64,000 nt of DNA. Source: an uncultured Candidatus Binatia bacterium. Its GTDB lineage: Bacteria > Desulfobacterota > Binatia > UBA9968 > CAXXLF01. The position numbers and the translations under genes are program-made. The number at the start of each line of letters is the position of its first letter. The first letter of the stretch is position 1. Below are positions 48,812-59,108 of this stretch, piece by piece. The DNA is taken from contig OZ244621.1 in assembly GCA_965218425.1 (NCBI GenBank), positions 1,984,001-2,048,000 of the forward strand, in the 5' to 3' direction. The notes beneath the pieces are model-generated. The model did not search any database and had not been told where the DNA came from. It saw only the letters and a program-made list of their open reading frames with translations.

Positions 48812-49834
48812 ATGGCCAGATCTTTTGAAGTTATTGATGCCGATGGGCACATCACTGAGGGGGACGATGCGGTCAAAGAGTACATGGAGGCTCCCTACCG
48901 CAACCGTCGCGTGACCATCTACCCAAGGGACAACTGGGACCGCTCCATAGCCGGGACGCTGGGAACCAGTGCAAAAGATGCCCGGAGTTGGCTCGACGCA
49001 ATGGACCAAGCGGAGTTGTCCACTTCGGTTCTCTTCCCCACCAGCGGTCTAGGCTTCGGTTGGATTCGTGAGCCGGATTTTGCCGTCGCCTTAGCCCAAG
49101 CCTATAACAACTTCGTCGCAGAAAAATTTCAGAAGGAAAGCCCAAGGTTAAAGGGGGTGGCCCTGGTGCCGTTCCAGGACGTGCCCGAGGGAGTCAAAGA
49201 ATTACGCCGGGCCGTTAAAGAATTGGGATTGGCGGGCGTGATGCTTCCCGCAGTGGGACTACGAAAGCCCTTAGGTGACCAAGACTATTGGCCCATTTAC
49301 GAAGAGGCGGAAAAACTGGACTGCATGTTGGCCGTGCACGCTACTGTCCGTGGTCCTCACTACTTCGGTGCCGACCTGTTCGATCAGTTCATCGACGTGC
49401 ACACCCTATCCCACCCATTTGCCCAGATGATGCAGATGACGAGCATCATCATGCGAGGGGTCATGGAAAGGTTTCAAAAGATTCGTATCGCCTTTATGGA
49501 AGCGGGCTGCACCTGGGTCCCATACTGGATGGGTAGAATGGATGAAGAATGGGAAAAACGCGGTGCGGCGGAAGCGCCCCTGTGTAAGAACAAACCCAGC
49601 GAATACATCAAGAGCGGCCGGGTCTACCTCCATGCGGAGGACTACGAACCCCTCGTGGGCGCCACGGCAGAAATACTGAATCCAAACACACTCTATTACG
49701 CCTCGGATTGGCCCCACTGGGACAGCGAGTTTCCTGAAAACATCGATCACCTGGCAAACCGTAAAGATCTGGACCCTGACGCCATAAAATGGCTACTGGC
49801 AGACACGGCAAAGAGGCTATACAAGCTGCAATAG
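48812..49834 (+). CDS. Amidohydrolase family protein
   Basis: IDADGH, AYNN, MEAG..W.P, YASDWPHWD; close paralog of 1335-2354. Confidence 0.9.
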   Translation: MARSFEVIDADGHITEGDDAVKEYMEAPYRNRRVTIYPRDNWDRSIAGTLGTSAKDARSWLDAMDQAELSTSVLFPTSGLGFGWIREPDFAVALAQAYNNFVAEKFQKESPRLKGVALVPFQDVPEGVKELRRAVKELGLAGVMLPAVGLRKPLGDQDYWPIYEEAEKLDCMLAVHATVRGPHYFGADLFDQFIDVHTLSHPFAQMMQMTSIIMRGVMERFQKIRIAFMEAGCTWVPYWMGRMDEEWEKRGAAEAPLCKNKPSEYIKSGRVYLHAEDYEPLVGATAEILNPNTLYYASDWPHWDSEFPENIDHLANRKDLDPDAIKWLLADTAKRLYKLQ

Positions 49835-50048
49835 TTATTACGGAGTAGAGAGTGGTGGAGGACTGAGCATCGGAGCAGAGGGCGAGAGGACTCGCGCAAA
49901 GACGCAAAGGACGCCAAGTCCGGAAAAGATCGAAAACTGTCTTTCTTTGCGGCCTCGGCGTTCTGGCGCGAAAAGCAATCTGCGGTAATCGGTGAAATTC
50001 GGCGGTTAGGTAATATATTACAGGATTTAAAGAGAAGGGAGTAGGAAC

Positions 50049-51836
50049 ATGGCTGAGACACGCAGTGAAGCTTTCGATCAAAGGTGGGGAACTTATCATG
50101 CGGAGGCCTGGTCCGATGCGATTGTCGCGTCCATGAAGCTGGGTGGTATTGACAACCTATACTTCGTTTCCGGGTCTGAGACCGCCTTCTATCAGGAAAG
50201 CATAGCAAAGGCCCATGAACGGGGGTGGCCGGCGCCGCGACTCATAACCGTGCTGCACGAAGGGGTGGCGTTGAATGCGGCCCTGGGCAACTCAATGGTC
50301 ACAGGCCAGCCGGCAGCCACCTCAGTACACGTGGACGTTGGAACCTTCAATTACGGGGGGGGCATACACACGGCATGGCGCGGGTCGTATCCAGTGCTCA
50401 TGACCGCCGGCAATGGGCCCCGTGCCTATCCGGGTTCCATGCCGGGCGCGCGTAATAGCGCAGTCCAATGGATCCAGGAGCCGCGGGATCAGGGAGAAAT
50501 CTTGCGACAGTACACAAAGATGGACCACCGCATGGAGCACGAGGACAATCCCGGATACATGGTAAGCAGGCTGTTGCAGGTGGCCATGAGCGAACCGACG
50601 GGGCCCGTCTACCTGACGTTGCCTCGGGAGTCGGCCATGCTGCCTATGCCGGGGACCACACGATTTCCTACCCGGGACGAGTTGGGTCTCGCCCGCCCCG
50701 CATGGCCGGACCCGAGCGATGCGCGAAAAGTGGCTGAGTGGCTCATCAAGGCGGACAACCCGCTGGTCATCACTTCGAACTCCGGTCGAAACCCGGAGTC
50801 GGTGCAAGACCTGGTGCGACTGGCCGAGCTTTTGGGACTCCCCATGCAGGAGGTAGGTCGATCGGCCGATCAGATGAATTTTCCCACGACCCACCCCCTT
50901 TACAAAACAGGTCCCAATCCCCAGGACGCCGACGTGATTTTAATATTGGAATCGCCTGTCCCCTACATCCCTCCGGCGGGGAACCCCAGGCCCGGCACAA
51001 AGATTGTATGGGTCGATGCGGACCCGGTCCTCTCACGTTACAAGACTTTGGATACTCAGGCTGACCTATGGCTGCCTGTCACTGCGGCTGCGGCGGCCCG
51101 TGCGATTTGCGAAGCCGCAACCGGCATGCTCTCGCAGAGTGACATGACCCGAATCTCAGACCGACGCGCCCGGATGGAAGAAAAAAAGCGTGAGATGAAC
51201 GCCGCAATAGAAAAGCAGGCCCAGGAGGCCGGCAAGCGCAAGCCCTTACATCCTCGTTGGGTCGCCTACCAGATGGGTAAGATCCTGGAACCGGACAGCA
51301 TCCTGCTCGACGACTCACTGAGCAACTCGCGTTCCGTGCAAACCCATCATCATCGGGACAAGCCCGGAACCTATTTTAAGAGTGGCGGGTCTTCCGGCGG
51401 TTGGGGAAGCGGCGCCGCGTTCGGCGCAAAACTGGGCAAGCCCGATAGCGACGTGGTGCTCGCCACCGGAGACGGGTACCTGATGTTTGGCAGCCCCATC
51501 TCGGCCTTCTGGTGCGGGGCCCATTATAAGATGCCGTTTTTAACTGTGGTTTTCGTCAACCGCTCCTACACCACGGGTACGAGCAACGTGTCGCTTACCT
51601 ACCCGGACGGAGTAGTGGCAAAGTCCGGCAATTTCGAGGGTGGCGTCTTCGACCCGCCGCCTGATTTTGCCAAGCTGGCCGAGGCGGCAAATTGCTTTGG
51701 AGAGACGGTGCGTGAGCCGGAAGAAGTGGCGCCCGCTCTGCAGCGTGGATTGAAGCATGTACACGACGGTACGCCCGCGCTGGTTGCCATGATGCTGCCC
51801 ACGCCCATGGAGGAAAGTCAACTCGCGAAGAAGTGA
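50049..51836 (+). CDS. Thiamine diphosphate-requiring enzyme (acetolactate synthase-like family)
   Basis: HE..A, HVDVGT.N, GPVYL.LPRE, GDG.LMFG...N ThDP motif. Confidence 0.88.
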   Translation: MAETRSEAFDQRWGTYHAEAWSDAIVASMKLGGIDNLYFVSGSETAFYQESIAKAHERGWPAPRLITVLHEGVALNAALGNSMVTGQPAATSVHVDVGTFNYGGGIHTAWRGSYPVLMTAGNGPRAYPGSMPGARNSAVQWIQEPRDQGEILRQYTKMDHRMEHEDNPGYMVSRLLQVAMSEPTGPVYLTLPRESAMLPMPGTTRFPTRDELGLARPAWPDPSDARKVAEWLIKADNPLVITSNSGRNPESVQDLVRLAELLGLPMQEVGRSADQMNFPTTHPLYKTGPNPQDADVILILESPVPYIPPAGNPRPGTKIVWVDADPVLSRYKTLDTQADLWLPVTAAAAARAICEAATGMLSQSDMTRISDRRARMEEKKREMNAAIEKQAQEAGKRKPLHPRWVAYQMGKILEPDSILLDDSLSNSRSVQTHHHRDKPGTYFKSGGSSGGWGSGAAFGAKLGKPDSDVVLATGDGYLMFGSPISAFWCGAHYKMPFLTVVFVNRSYTTGTSNVSLTYPDGVVAKSGNFEGGVFDPPPDFAKLAEAANCFGETVREPEEVAPALQRGLKHVHDGTPALVAMMLPTPMEESQLAKK

Positions 51837-52008
51837 TTTATCGAACGGCGCGAGATGTGACCGGGTGGTTCCGCGCGGCGCACAGGGCGTAGGTAAAAGC
51901 GGACGCCGGGAACCGGTGATCCTGGCGCTTTGCACTTGGCCATCTGCGATAACCTACGGTTAGGTATCCCGGAACTGAATCAGGTTATTCTCCGCAATAG
52001 AAAAGTTT

Positions 52009-52036
52009 TTGTTTGTTGTCGTCTCCCGACAAACAA
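52009..52036 (-). repeat. Solo hairpin of the twin-hairpin family
   Basis: TTGTTTGTTG-TCGTCTCC-CGACAAACAA is the reverse complement of hairpin 1. Confidence 0.7.
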
Positions 52037-52067
52037 TAAAGACAAGAAAAGAATTCAGCATCAGCCA

Positions 52068-52203
52068 TGTGGTAGCCCGGGTTTTACGGACACCCAAAAA
52101 GGGGACAGGATCCCCGAAGGAGGTGTTCGATGGGCAGGCAAAGGCGGTTCACCCGGGAGTTTAAGTCGGAGGCCGTGCGGCTTTTAGAGGCTGGAGCGCG
52201 GCC
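52068..52203 (+). mobile_element. Left-end remnant of an IS3 related to 27634-28876
   Basis: TGTGGTAGCCCGGGTTTTACGGACAC IR plus orfA start MGRQRRFTREFKSEAVRLLEAGAR, then truncated. Confidence 0.85.
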
Positions 52204-52755
52204 CCTTTTTCATGTTACCTGACCCCGGTTTTAAGTGAGATGTGGCGGGATGAGCTGGGATGATGTGGGATGAGACCCTTGTTTTCAGGGGTTTGAACGC
52301 CCGCCCCGATTTAACGGCCCTTTCAGGCTCAGTTTCCGAGCCCTAAACGGCCCGGAAAATCCGGCCGGTTTATGGCCCATTTCCAATTATTTCCATCCGC
52401 CCACGGAGACTCTGCGGGAGCAGAGACTGGAAATCAACGACTTAGAGTGGATAGAGTGGACCGGGATCGGGACCAAACAGCTTGAGTCGGCAATACCTCC
52501 AAGGGTTGTGACGGCATCCGAAAGGTTCGAGATGATCTTCCGGTGGCGGCATGCGCCGAGGGCGACTGAGGGTCCGGCGAGAGGCGCAAAAGACGACATG
52601 GCCGAGCCGCTCCACGTCATGCGACGGCGGCCTGGATGCGTCGGGCAATCTGCGATCCGGACAACCCAAACACCGGGGCGTCCTGGCGGATGGCGGTCCG
52701 AGCCGTCCGGTAATATGGAGTTGCAATCATATGTATTATCTACCATATTATAAGG

Positions 52756-53117
52756 GTGAGCTGGGTTGTTGTGATTGCCGACGAGTTCGAGCCGGAGTTC
52801 GACGAGCTGCCCGAGGACGTGCAGACAGAGATTCTGGCGTCGTCGCGTCTCTTGCAGCAGTTAGGTCCACAGCTTGGGCGGCCTCGGGTGGACACGCTCA
52901 ACGACTCGGGCCACGCGAACATGAAGGAACTGCGGTTCAGTGCGACGACGGCCAGTGGCGGGTGGCCTTCGCCTTCGATACAAAACGGAAGGCCGTGCTG
53001 CTTGTGGCGGGAGACAAGTCCGGAGGGAGCGAAAAGCGGTTCTACCGGAGGTTGATCCACAAAGCGGATGAACGTTTCGACGCGCATCTAGCCCGTTTGA
53101 AGAAGGAAGGAAAATAA
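52756..53117 (+). pseudogene. RelE/HigB-like (Gp49-type) toxin, frameshifted near 52944
   Basis: GPQLGRP.VDTL..S...NMKELRF in one frame continues as WRVAFAFD..R.A.LLVAGDKSG in another. Confidence 0.8.
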
Positions 53118-53119
53118 CC

Positions 53120-53413
53120 ATGGCTGTGAACGTCGAGGAGAAAATCAAGAAGCTGAGCCCCGCTCGGCGCAAGAAGGTCGTGTCCCGCGCGGCGGAGCTG
53201 CTGGCCGAGGAAATGACACTGCGCGAGCTGCGCAAGGCGCGCAAGCTCACGCAGGTCCGCGTCTCGCGGCTGGAGAAGCGCAGCGACTTGCTGCTTTCCA
53301 CGCTCCGGAAGACGGTTAAGGCGATGGGCGGCAACCTGTCGCTCGTGGCCGAATTCCCGGACCGTGCCCCGGTCGTGCTCTCGGGCATCGCCGAGGACGA
53401 TCCGCGCGCTTAA
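53120..53413 (+). CDS. XRE/HigA-type antitoxin with an apparent deletion in the HTH
   Basis: MTLRELRKARKLTQ-VRVSRLEKRSDLLLSTLR...AMGG.L; the second HTH helix appears absent. Confidence 0.75.
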   Translation: MAVNVEEKIKKLSPARRKKVVSRAAELLAEEMTLRELRKARKLTQVRVSRLEKRSDLLLSTLRKTVKAMGGNLSLVAEFPDRAPVVLSGIAEDDPRA

Positions 53414-53469
53414 ATCAATATGAAGAGGCTAAGCGAACATTGACCTGCCCCCAGGAGTGGTACCACCCT

Positions 53470-54375
53470 TTAAGTTAGAGCCGGAATTATCTGGAGTCCA
53501 GCCCATGGGGATGAATTCCCAGCCTGCGCTCTGGGCAGAAAGGCCTCCGGTGCCGGAGAACGATAGCCCAGGGCGCTGTGAGGCCGCCGCTGGTTATACT
53601 CTCTTCTCCATCTTTCGATCAGCACCTGAGCTTCCCTCAGGGTTTCAAACACCTCCCGGTTGAGCAGCTCATCCCTGAGTTTTCCGTTAAAACTCTCCAC
53701 GTAGCCATTCTCCCAAGGACTGCCAGGCTCGATGTAGAGTGTCCTGACACCAATGGCCTTGAGCCAGTCCCGGATAGCCTGAGCCGTAAACTCGGGGCCA
53801 TTGTCGGACCGAAGGGACTGCGGCACGCCCCGTTCCACGAATAGCTCCGCTAACCGTTCCAGCACATCCCGGTGATTCATCCGTCTGGCCACATCAATCG
53901 CCAAGCACTCCCGGGTGTATTCATCCAGGATGCTCAACAGCCGAAAGGCCCGACCGTCTTCGGTTCGCTCGTGCACGAAGTCATAACTCCACACATGGTT
54001 TCGATGCGCCGGTCTCAGGCGAATGCAGGAGCCATCAGTCAACCGGAGCCTCCCTCGCTTAGGCTGACGGCTGAGGACTTTCAGCCCTTCCTGCCTCCAG
54101 AGCCTCTCCACTCGCTTGTGGTTGACCTTCCACCCCTCCCCACGCAGCATGGCCGTAATCCTCCGGTAGCCGTATCGCCCGTATTCGCTGGCCAGCTCCA
54201 TCATCCGAGCCACTAGTCTTGCTTCCTCTTCCGGGATCTCTCGGACTCTTCGTTGCGTCGATCGCGGCTGTCCCAACACTTGGCAAGCCCGGCGTTCGGA
54301 GACTCGATCAGGTCCCAATCTTTCTCTGGCCCATATCACCGCTCGTCTCCTCTTCGCCGGGCCTAGAAGTTTCCC
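53470..54375 (-). CDS. IS3 transposase OrfB (DDE)
   Basis: [51 protein letters not shown]. Confidence 0.92.
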   Translation of the reverse strand, partial: GKLLGPAKRRRAVIWARERLGPDRVSERRACQVLGQPRSTQRRVREIPEEEARLVARMMELASEYGRYGYRRITAMLRGEGWKVNHKRVERLWRQEGLKVLSRQPKRGRLRLTDGSCIRLRPAHRNHVWSYDFVHERTEDGRAFRLLSILDEYTRECLAIDVARRMNHRDVLERLAELFVERGVPQSLRSDNGPEFTAQAIRDWLKAIGVRTLYIEPGSPWENGYVESFNGKLRDELLNREVFETLREAQVLIERWRREYNQRRPHSALGYRSPAPEAFLPRAQAGNSSPWAGLQIIPALT

Positions 54376-54641
54376 GAGGACACTTCCTTCAGGATCTGGT
54401 TGTCCAGCGATAGATCCGCCACCAGCTTCTTCAACCGCGCATTCTCCTTGTCCAAGGCCTTGAGCCTCTTGGCCTGATCCATCTTCAGGCCTCCATATTC
54501 CTTCCTCCACCGGTAGTAGGTCTGCACGGTTACCCCCACCTGCTTGCACACCTGGCCCACCGCCTTCCCTTGGGCCAAGCTCACCTCCGCCTCACGCAGC
54601 TTGAGGATAATCTGCTCGGCCGTAAATCGCTTTCTTGCCAT
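54363..54641 (-). CDS. IS3 transposase OrfA
   Basis: [16 protein letters not shown]...[12 protein letters not shown]...[14 protein letters not shown]. Confidence 0.92.
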   Translation of the reverse strand: MARKRFTAEQIILKLREAEVSLAQGKAVGQVCKQVGVTVQTYYRWRKEYGGLKMDQAKRLKALDKENARLKKLVADLSLDNQILKEVSSGNF

Positions 54642-54797
54642 CCTTGCCTCCTTCCTAAAATCAAAATCCCTAACATTTCACCTGGACTCGTTTTAGGGGG
54701 CAAGGTCAGATGTTTATCGACAACGTTGATCTTACCGTAGGCAAAGAGGTCTTGGAGACGCGGCAAGGATGTCTAAGATTGGGCGCTGTCCTGCCTC

Positions 54798-54845
54798 CGA
54801 CCCGGGTTTCACGGACAGTTAATTAAGCCACACGTTTGATCGAGT
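54798..54845 (-). mobile_element. 48-bp right-end fragment identical to the IS3 at 27634-28876
   Basis: Exact reverse complement of about 28824-28871; lacks the terminal bases. Confidence 0.85.
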
Positions 54846-54871
54846 GGAGGCGATGATGGGACTTCGGCTTG

Positions 54872-55150
54872 TCAGGCGACCCTGCGCGTGATGGCCTCGC
54901 GCAAGCCTTCCAGCAACCCCTCGAGATGGGCCATGCGCTGGCGGAGCTCGTTGGTTTCCTGGCGAAGCTGCTTGATGTCGTCGCGCACTTCCTGGCGAAG
55001 CTGCTTGATGTCGTCGCGCACTTCCTGGTGAAGCCGCTCGATATCGTTGCGCACTTCCTGGCGCAAGCTATCGATATCGCGCCGCAGCCAGACGAACAAG
55101 CCGATTATCAACGCGGCGAGTCCGATGAAGCCGCCGATCTCAATGCTCAT
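54872..55150 (-). CDS. Small membrane-anchored coiled-coil protein with 11-aa repeats
   Basis: N-terminal TM segment, then (LRQEVRDDIKQ)-like repeats, then RMAHLEGLLEG. Confidence 0.75.
   Translation of the reverse strand: MSIEIGGFIGLAALIIGLFVWLRRDIDSLRQEVRNDIERLHQEVRDDIKQLRQEVRDDIKQLRQETNELRQRMAHLEGLLEGLREAITRRVA
54956..55078. repeat. 33-bp tandem repeat (about 3.7 copies)
   Basis: TTCCTGGCGAAGCTGCTTGATGTCGTCGCGCAC twice exactly, then degenerate copies. Confidence 0.9.
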
Positions 55151-55287
55151 GCCGTCACTGTTTAACACGCAGCGCGCTAAAATGCCAGATGTCCCCAAAG
55201 GATCGCGGATATGACGTTCATGGCGGTTCGGCCTCTATTCAGACCGCCGCTGGCGCAGACGCCCCCCATTGTCCCATCCCCTAACCT

Positions 55288-55720
55288 CTATCCGTTCGGG
55301 GGCGTTCCCCAACACGACCCGCTGGCCCGTAACCACTCTCGCGCCATCCGCTCGGCCTCAACGATCTGGTTGCGGGTCATCTTTACCTTCACTTCATCAA
55401 GGGTCGTGCGAGCGGGCTCATACCCACTGGAAGCGGCGAGGGTCAACCACATGTAGCCGCGCACATAGTCCTGGGGAACTCCTTTGCCCAGGCCGTGCAT
55501 AAAGCTGAGATTGTACTGTGCCTGGGCTAATCCCTGATCAGCCGCCAAGCGGTACCAGCGCAGCGCTTTGGCGTAGTCCTGAGGCGCCTCGTTACCGTGG
55601 TAATACATGAAGCCGAGGCCGAGCTCCGACGGGGTGAGTCCCAGCTCGGCTTGCGTTTTACAGGCTTCGAGCCGCGCCGCCGGCTCAAGAGTCTCGTCAA
55701 AGCATTTAAAAAGTCGGCCT
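55288..55720 (-). pseudogene. Sel1-repeat protein, probably N-terminally truncated
   Basis: LGFMY..G...PQDYAKA..WY..AA.QG...AQYNL..M...G.GVPQDY; the 5' end abuts an inverted repeat. Confidence 0.7.
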
Positions 55721-55738
55721 GCCTCACTCTGAGCCCTT

Positions 55739-57079
55739 GGGGTCAGACCTTGACATTTGACATGACCCGACTGCAAGGAAGGTAAAGATGCCCTGGGACG
55801 GACATGGAAACTTCAACCGCACCGACGGCGTGCACACCGCCGGCGACGTGTGGGAGCAGGGGCGCGCGGCGGGCCGTAACGTGCGCTCCGACGATCAGGA
55901 CATCCATGACCAAGACCTGGCGGGGGGCCTGGAAAACCGCCTTGCCCGCGACGGCCGGAACCAGCCGACGAACAATCTGCCCATGGGCGGGAACAGGCGC
56001 CTGAACGTCGGTAACGGCGGGAGCCGGGCCCAATACCCCTCCATAGCCCAGATCCAGGACCGGTCCTTGACCTTCGTAATGGCCAATGGGGTGAGCGGCG
56101 ACGGCGACACGATAGGGCTTTCCCCCACTCCTGCCATAGCTCTTCTTTGCCGAGAGACGTGGGCGAGGGTCCAGCGCTAGAGCACCGGGCACGGCGAGCT
56201 TCGGGAGGAATTGTTTATGACTGCTTGCGATGCTGAACGGCCCCGCCCTTTCGATCCAGCGCGGATAGAGCAGCCGGCTAACGCAAGAGTTGATATCGAT
56301 ATCGGGGAAATTCAGATAATGGAACAAGCAGTCCAGGGCAACTTGCAGGCGCTATTACAGACGGGCGAGACAACGTCAACGTTCAGTGTCGCGACAAGCA
56401 TGGGGAAAAACTCATGTTGCTCGATGAAGAGCGCGCTCTCCTCCAGTTATTTCGCCCGGCTGGCGCGCTCGAGAAGATCTCTTCCCGAGTTTGCGCCCCG
56501 GCTAACCTGACCTCTCGGCTGAACGTCACTTGCCTCAGGCAGTTAACGCGAACCAACAACAAAGAGGATGGATCAATCACCCTATACAAACGGCGCCTGC
56601 AGAAAGAGGGAAAGCTCGACGCCGTCATCGCCGACACCATGCGCGACATTATGATTAAGTTAAGGCAGGGGTATCCTGTGCATAGTGACAGGGCGCAAAG
56701 GGCACTTCAGGCACATGCTTATTTTCAGCTCCAATACCCGGCGGCAGAGCACCCAAGCGCCGGTGTCAAACCGTTAAGCCGCTATAATGGACGCTCTCAA
56801 CGGGATTTTGAGTATCCCAAAGGAACAACTTTTTTTGAGCCTGTGGACAACTCCCAAAATAAAACGCGCCCCCACCCACTAAAAAATAATCCAGGCAAAA
56901 GTATTCAACTATCGCAGCCCATCTATTCTCCTTTTGCAACATCTCCCACCGCCAGCACGGCCCATGTCTTCCAAGCCACGATGAACTCCAAGTTGCCCCA
57001 CAGGCCCCTGAACGATTTCGCTCTGCTCATTTTCGTCGCCTCCCTGTCGCAGGAATGTCAAATATCAAGGTCTGACCCC
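55739..57079. mobile_element. 1.34-kb segment bracketed by 25-bp inverted repeats (REP-like)
   Basis: GGGGTCAGACCTTGACATTTGACAT (55739-55763) matches the reverse complement of 57055-57079 at 24/25. Confidence 0.6.
55788..56180 (+). pseudogene. Phage tail-fibre/virion protein N-terminal domain-like fragment
   Basis: MPWDG.G.F.RT.G......W...........D.HDQDLA.GL...L.RDG...PT.NLPMGG resembles N-termini of phage tail proteins (from memory); ends prematurely. Confidence 0.5.
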
Positions 57080-57445
57080 GTAGCCATCGCCTAACAACGC
57101 GGGGCTCTGAGGGGAGCGAGACGTAAGGCCGTGGGCATCGAACGTTCAGCTTCAGATATTCACCGGCTTATTGCTTGCGGCCGGAGGTTCGCTCCACGAG
57201 GAGCCCTGAAGCTTTGGAGGTTCATGAGAGCGAATGCCCAATGGGTCGCTGCGGGAGTCCCGCGGAGCGAAGGAAGTCGCCGAAGCCCAAAGTAACAGGG
57301 ATGGAGAATATGTAAATTTTAGCTTCCACAGTCGGACACGATCGAGGAGATGATTCTGAACAAGACCTGAATTCGGCTTGACTGCCTGGATGGGGGTGTG
57401 GGAGGATCCGGGTGCTCAAATTTATGGCGCAAAGGAGACGGATAA

Positions 57446-58447
57446 ATGGAACGGTGTGCAATTGACATTCATCATCATTATCTCCCCCCGGGCACCCTGG
57501 AGAAAGCAAAACGCAACAAAGAAGCTTTAGGAATGACCTTCAGTGAGACCAAAGAAGGTCTGACCACGCTTCAATTCGCGAATGCCAAAGCTTTTACTGC
57601 TCCTGCCGATCTCGTGGGGTTGGAAAATAGGCTTGCGATGATGGACAGAGAGGAAATTGCGGTCGCCGCTCTCGAACCCCATACGGCAAGTCTCGGATAT
57701 CCCCTGGATGGTCAGAAAGGAGAGGCCTGGTGTCGTCTCTATAACGAAGGTCTGCACGAACTCGTCAAGCGATACCCGGATCGGTTTGTTGCATTGGCCG
57801 CCGTTCCCTTGCAGGACGCCACCCGGGCAGGGGCGGTCCTGGAACATGCCATGAAGGAGCTAAATTTCAAAGGTGGTTACATAGGTTCAAACGTGAACGG
57901 TAACTATTATAATGGCAAAGAGTTCGACCCCTTTTGGAAGAAGGCGGAGGAGCTGGATGCCCTGATCGTGATGCATCCGGAGGACGTGGCCGGGGCTGAG
58001 CGCATGCGCGCCTATGGCATGTCTTTGATTTGCGGCAATCCGGCGGATAGCGCCCTTTCCATAGGACTCATGTGCTTTAGCGGGGTATTCGATCGGTTTC
58101 CTAATCTAAAACTGTGTGTCCTGCATGGTGGAGGTTTTTTCCCCTATCACCTGGGTCGCTTTGATCAGGGGCATGCCGTTCGTAGCGGTTCACGCACCGC
58201 CGAGGCCTCTTTACCTCCGAGCGCTTACATGAAGAAAAACCTTTATTTTGATACCCTCGTCTACCGTCTGGACACCCTTGATTATCTGCGACGATTGGCA
58301 GGAAATGACCGCCTAATGGTCGGGACCGATTACCCCTATACCCTGGGAGATTGGACGGCGGTGAAGAAGGTTCTGGAACTGGATTGCTCGGAGGCAGAGA
58401 AACGGGAGATCTTGGAGGGGAATGCTAAACGATTGTTGAAACTCTGA
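57446..58447 (+). CDS. Amidohydrolase family protein (ACMSD-like decarboxylase)
   Basis: IDIHHH, MHP, GVFDRFP.LK....HGGG..P...GR, GTDYPY. Confidence 0.88.
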   Translation: MERCAIDIHHHYLPPGTLEKAKRNKEALGMTFSETKEGLTTLQFANAKAFTAPADLVGLENRLAMMDREEIAVAALEPHTASLGYPLDGQKGEAWCRLYNEGLHELVKRYPDRFVALAAVPLQDATRAGAVLEHAMKELNFKGGYIGSNVNGNYYNGKEFDPFWKKAEELDALIVMHPEDVAGAERMRAYGMSLICGNPADSALSIGLMCFSGVFDRFPNLKLCVLHGGGFFPYHLGRFDQGHAVRSGSRTAEASLPPSAYMKKNLYFDTLVYRLDTLDYLRRLAGNDRLMVGTDYPYTLGDWTAVKKVLELDCSEAEKREILEGNAKRLLKL

Positions 58448-58540
58448 GCGAGCTTTGAGGGGCATTGACAGATAAAATTCTATATCTAGGTATTTTCTGC
58501 GGGAAAAGCCAGAAATGCGCGGAACCGAAAGGAGAATGAA

Positions 58541-59041
58541 ATGAGCCAAACGACTCCCGTACAGGTAAAAAAAATAGGTCACGTAGTCTTCAATGTCAGT
58601 GACATCGAGCGTACCACAAAGTTCTGGACGGAGATAATGGGCTTTCATGTCTCTGATCGAAACGAGCGGGGCATGGTGTTTCTCCGCAATGCTTCCGATC
58701 ACCACACCATTGCGTTGGCACCGGCCCGTGAGAAAGAACTGCCAAAAGATGGGCATGTCGGGTTTAGTCATTGCGCCCTGGAGGTGGAAAGTGTCTCTCA
58801 GCTTTTCAAAATTCGCGAGTTTCTACGCGCCCGAGGGGTTACGATAAAGTATGAGGGGCGAAAGGGACCAGGATGCAATACTGGTGTGGAGTTCTTGGAT
58901 CCGGACGGGTTTACTATTGAACTCTACGCCGCCATGGACCAGATCGGTTGGGACGGTAAGAGCCGTCCGGCCAACGAGTGGCGCCGGGCAAAGACCCTCG
59001 AGGAGGCGGTTGAAAATCCCGTACCTGGCGTTCAGTACTGA
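58541..59041 (+). CDS. VOC (glyoxalase/extradiol dioxygenase) family protein
   Basis: IGHVV.NV.D, FLR...DHH, H.A.EV, F.DPDG..IELY. Confidence 0.88.
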   Translation: MSQTTPVQVKKIGHVVFNVSDIERTTKFWTEIMGFHVSDRNERGMVFLRNASDHHTIALAPAREKELPKDGHVGFSHCALEVESVSQLFKIREFLRARGVTIKYEGRKGPGCNTGVEFLDPDGFTIELYAAMDQIGWDGKSRPANEWRRAKTLEEAVENPVPGVQY

Positions 59042-59108
59042 TTCCTAGACCAAAGTCTGCTACCCGTCTCGTGGATTGAGGGGGCGGGCGGCTTTTTCTT
59101 GGCGGATA

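Larger units (their letters stand above)
53441..54708 (-). mobile_element. IS3-family (IS407-group-like) insertion sequence
   Basis: IRs TGACCTGCCCCC / GGGGGCAAGGTCA; orfA/orfB with a GGGAAAC slippery site (54369-54375); no clear target duplication. Confidence 0.9.

Noticed and set aside
54956..55078. Possible CRISPR array (33-bp repeats)
   Set aside because: The repeats are head-to-tail with no spacers, lie in frame within a coiled-coil ORF, and no cas genes are present
56414..57094. 226-aa ORF
   Set aside because: Composition is mosaic with no motifs and it crosses the inverted repeat; probably spurious or fused remnants
57089..57130. attC-like start (GCCTAACAACGCG)
   Set aside because: No matching GTTRRRY end or L-box palindrome, and no integron integrase
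57127..57390. Possible structured RNA or riboswitch (three-way junction, CGCCGAAG)
   Set aside because: It does not fit glycine, cobalamin or SRP consensus as far as I can tell; the stems are short, and part translates like a decayed binding-protein C-terminus (PKPKVTGMENM). An Rfam search would settle it.
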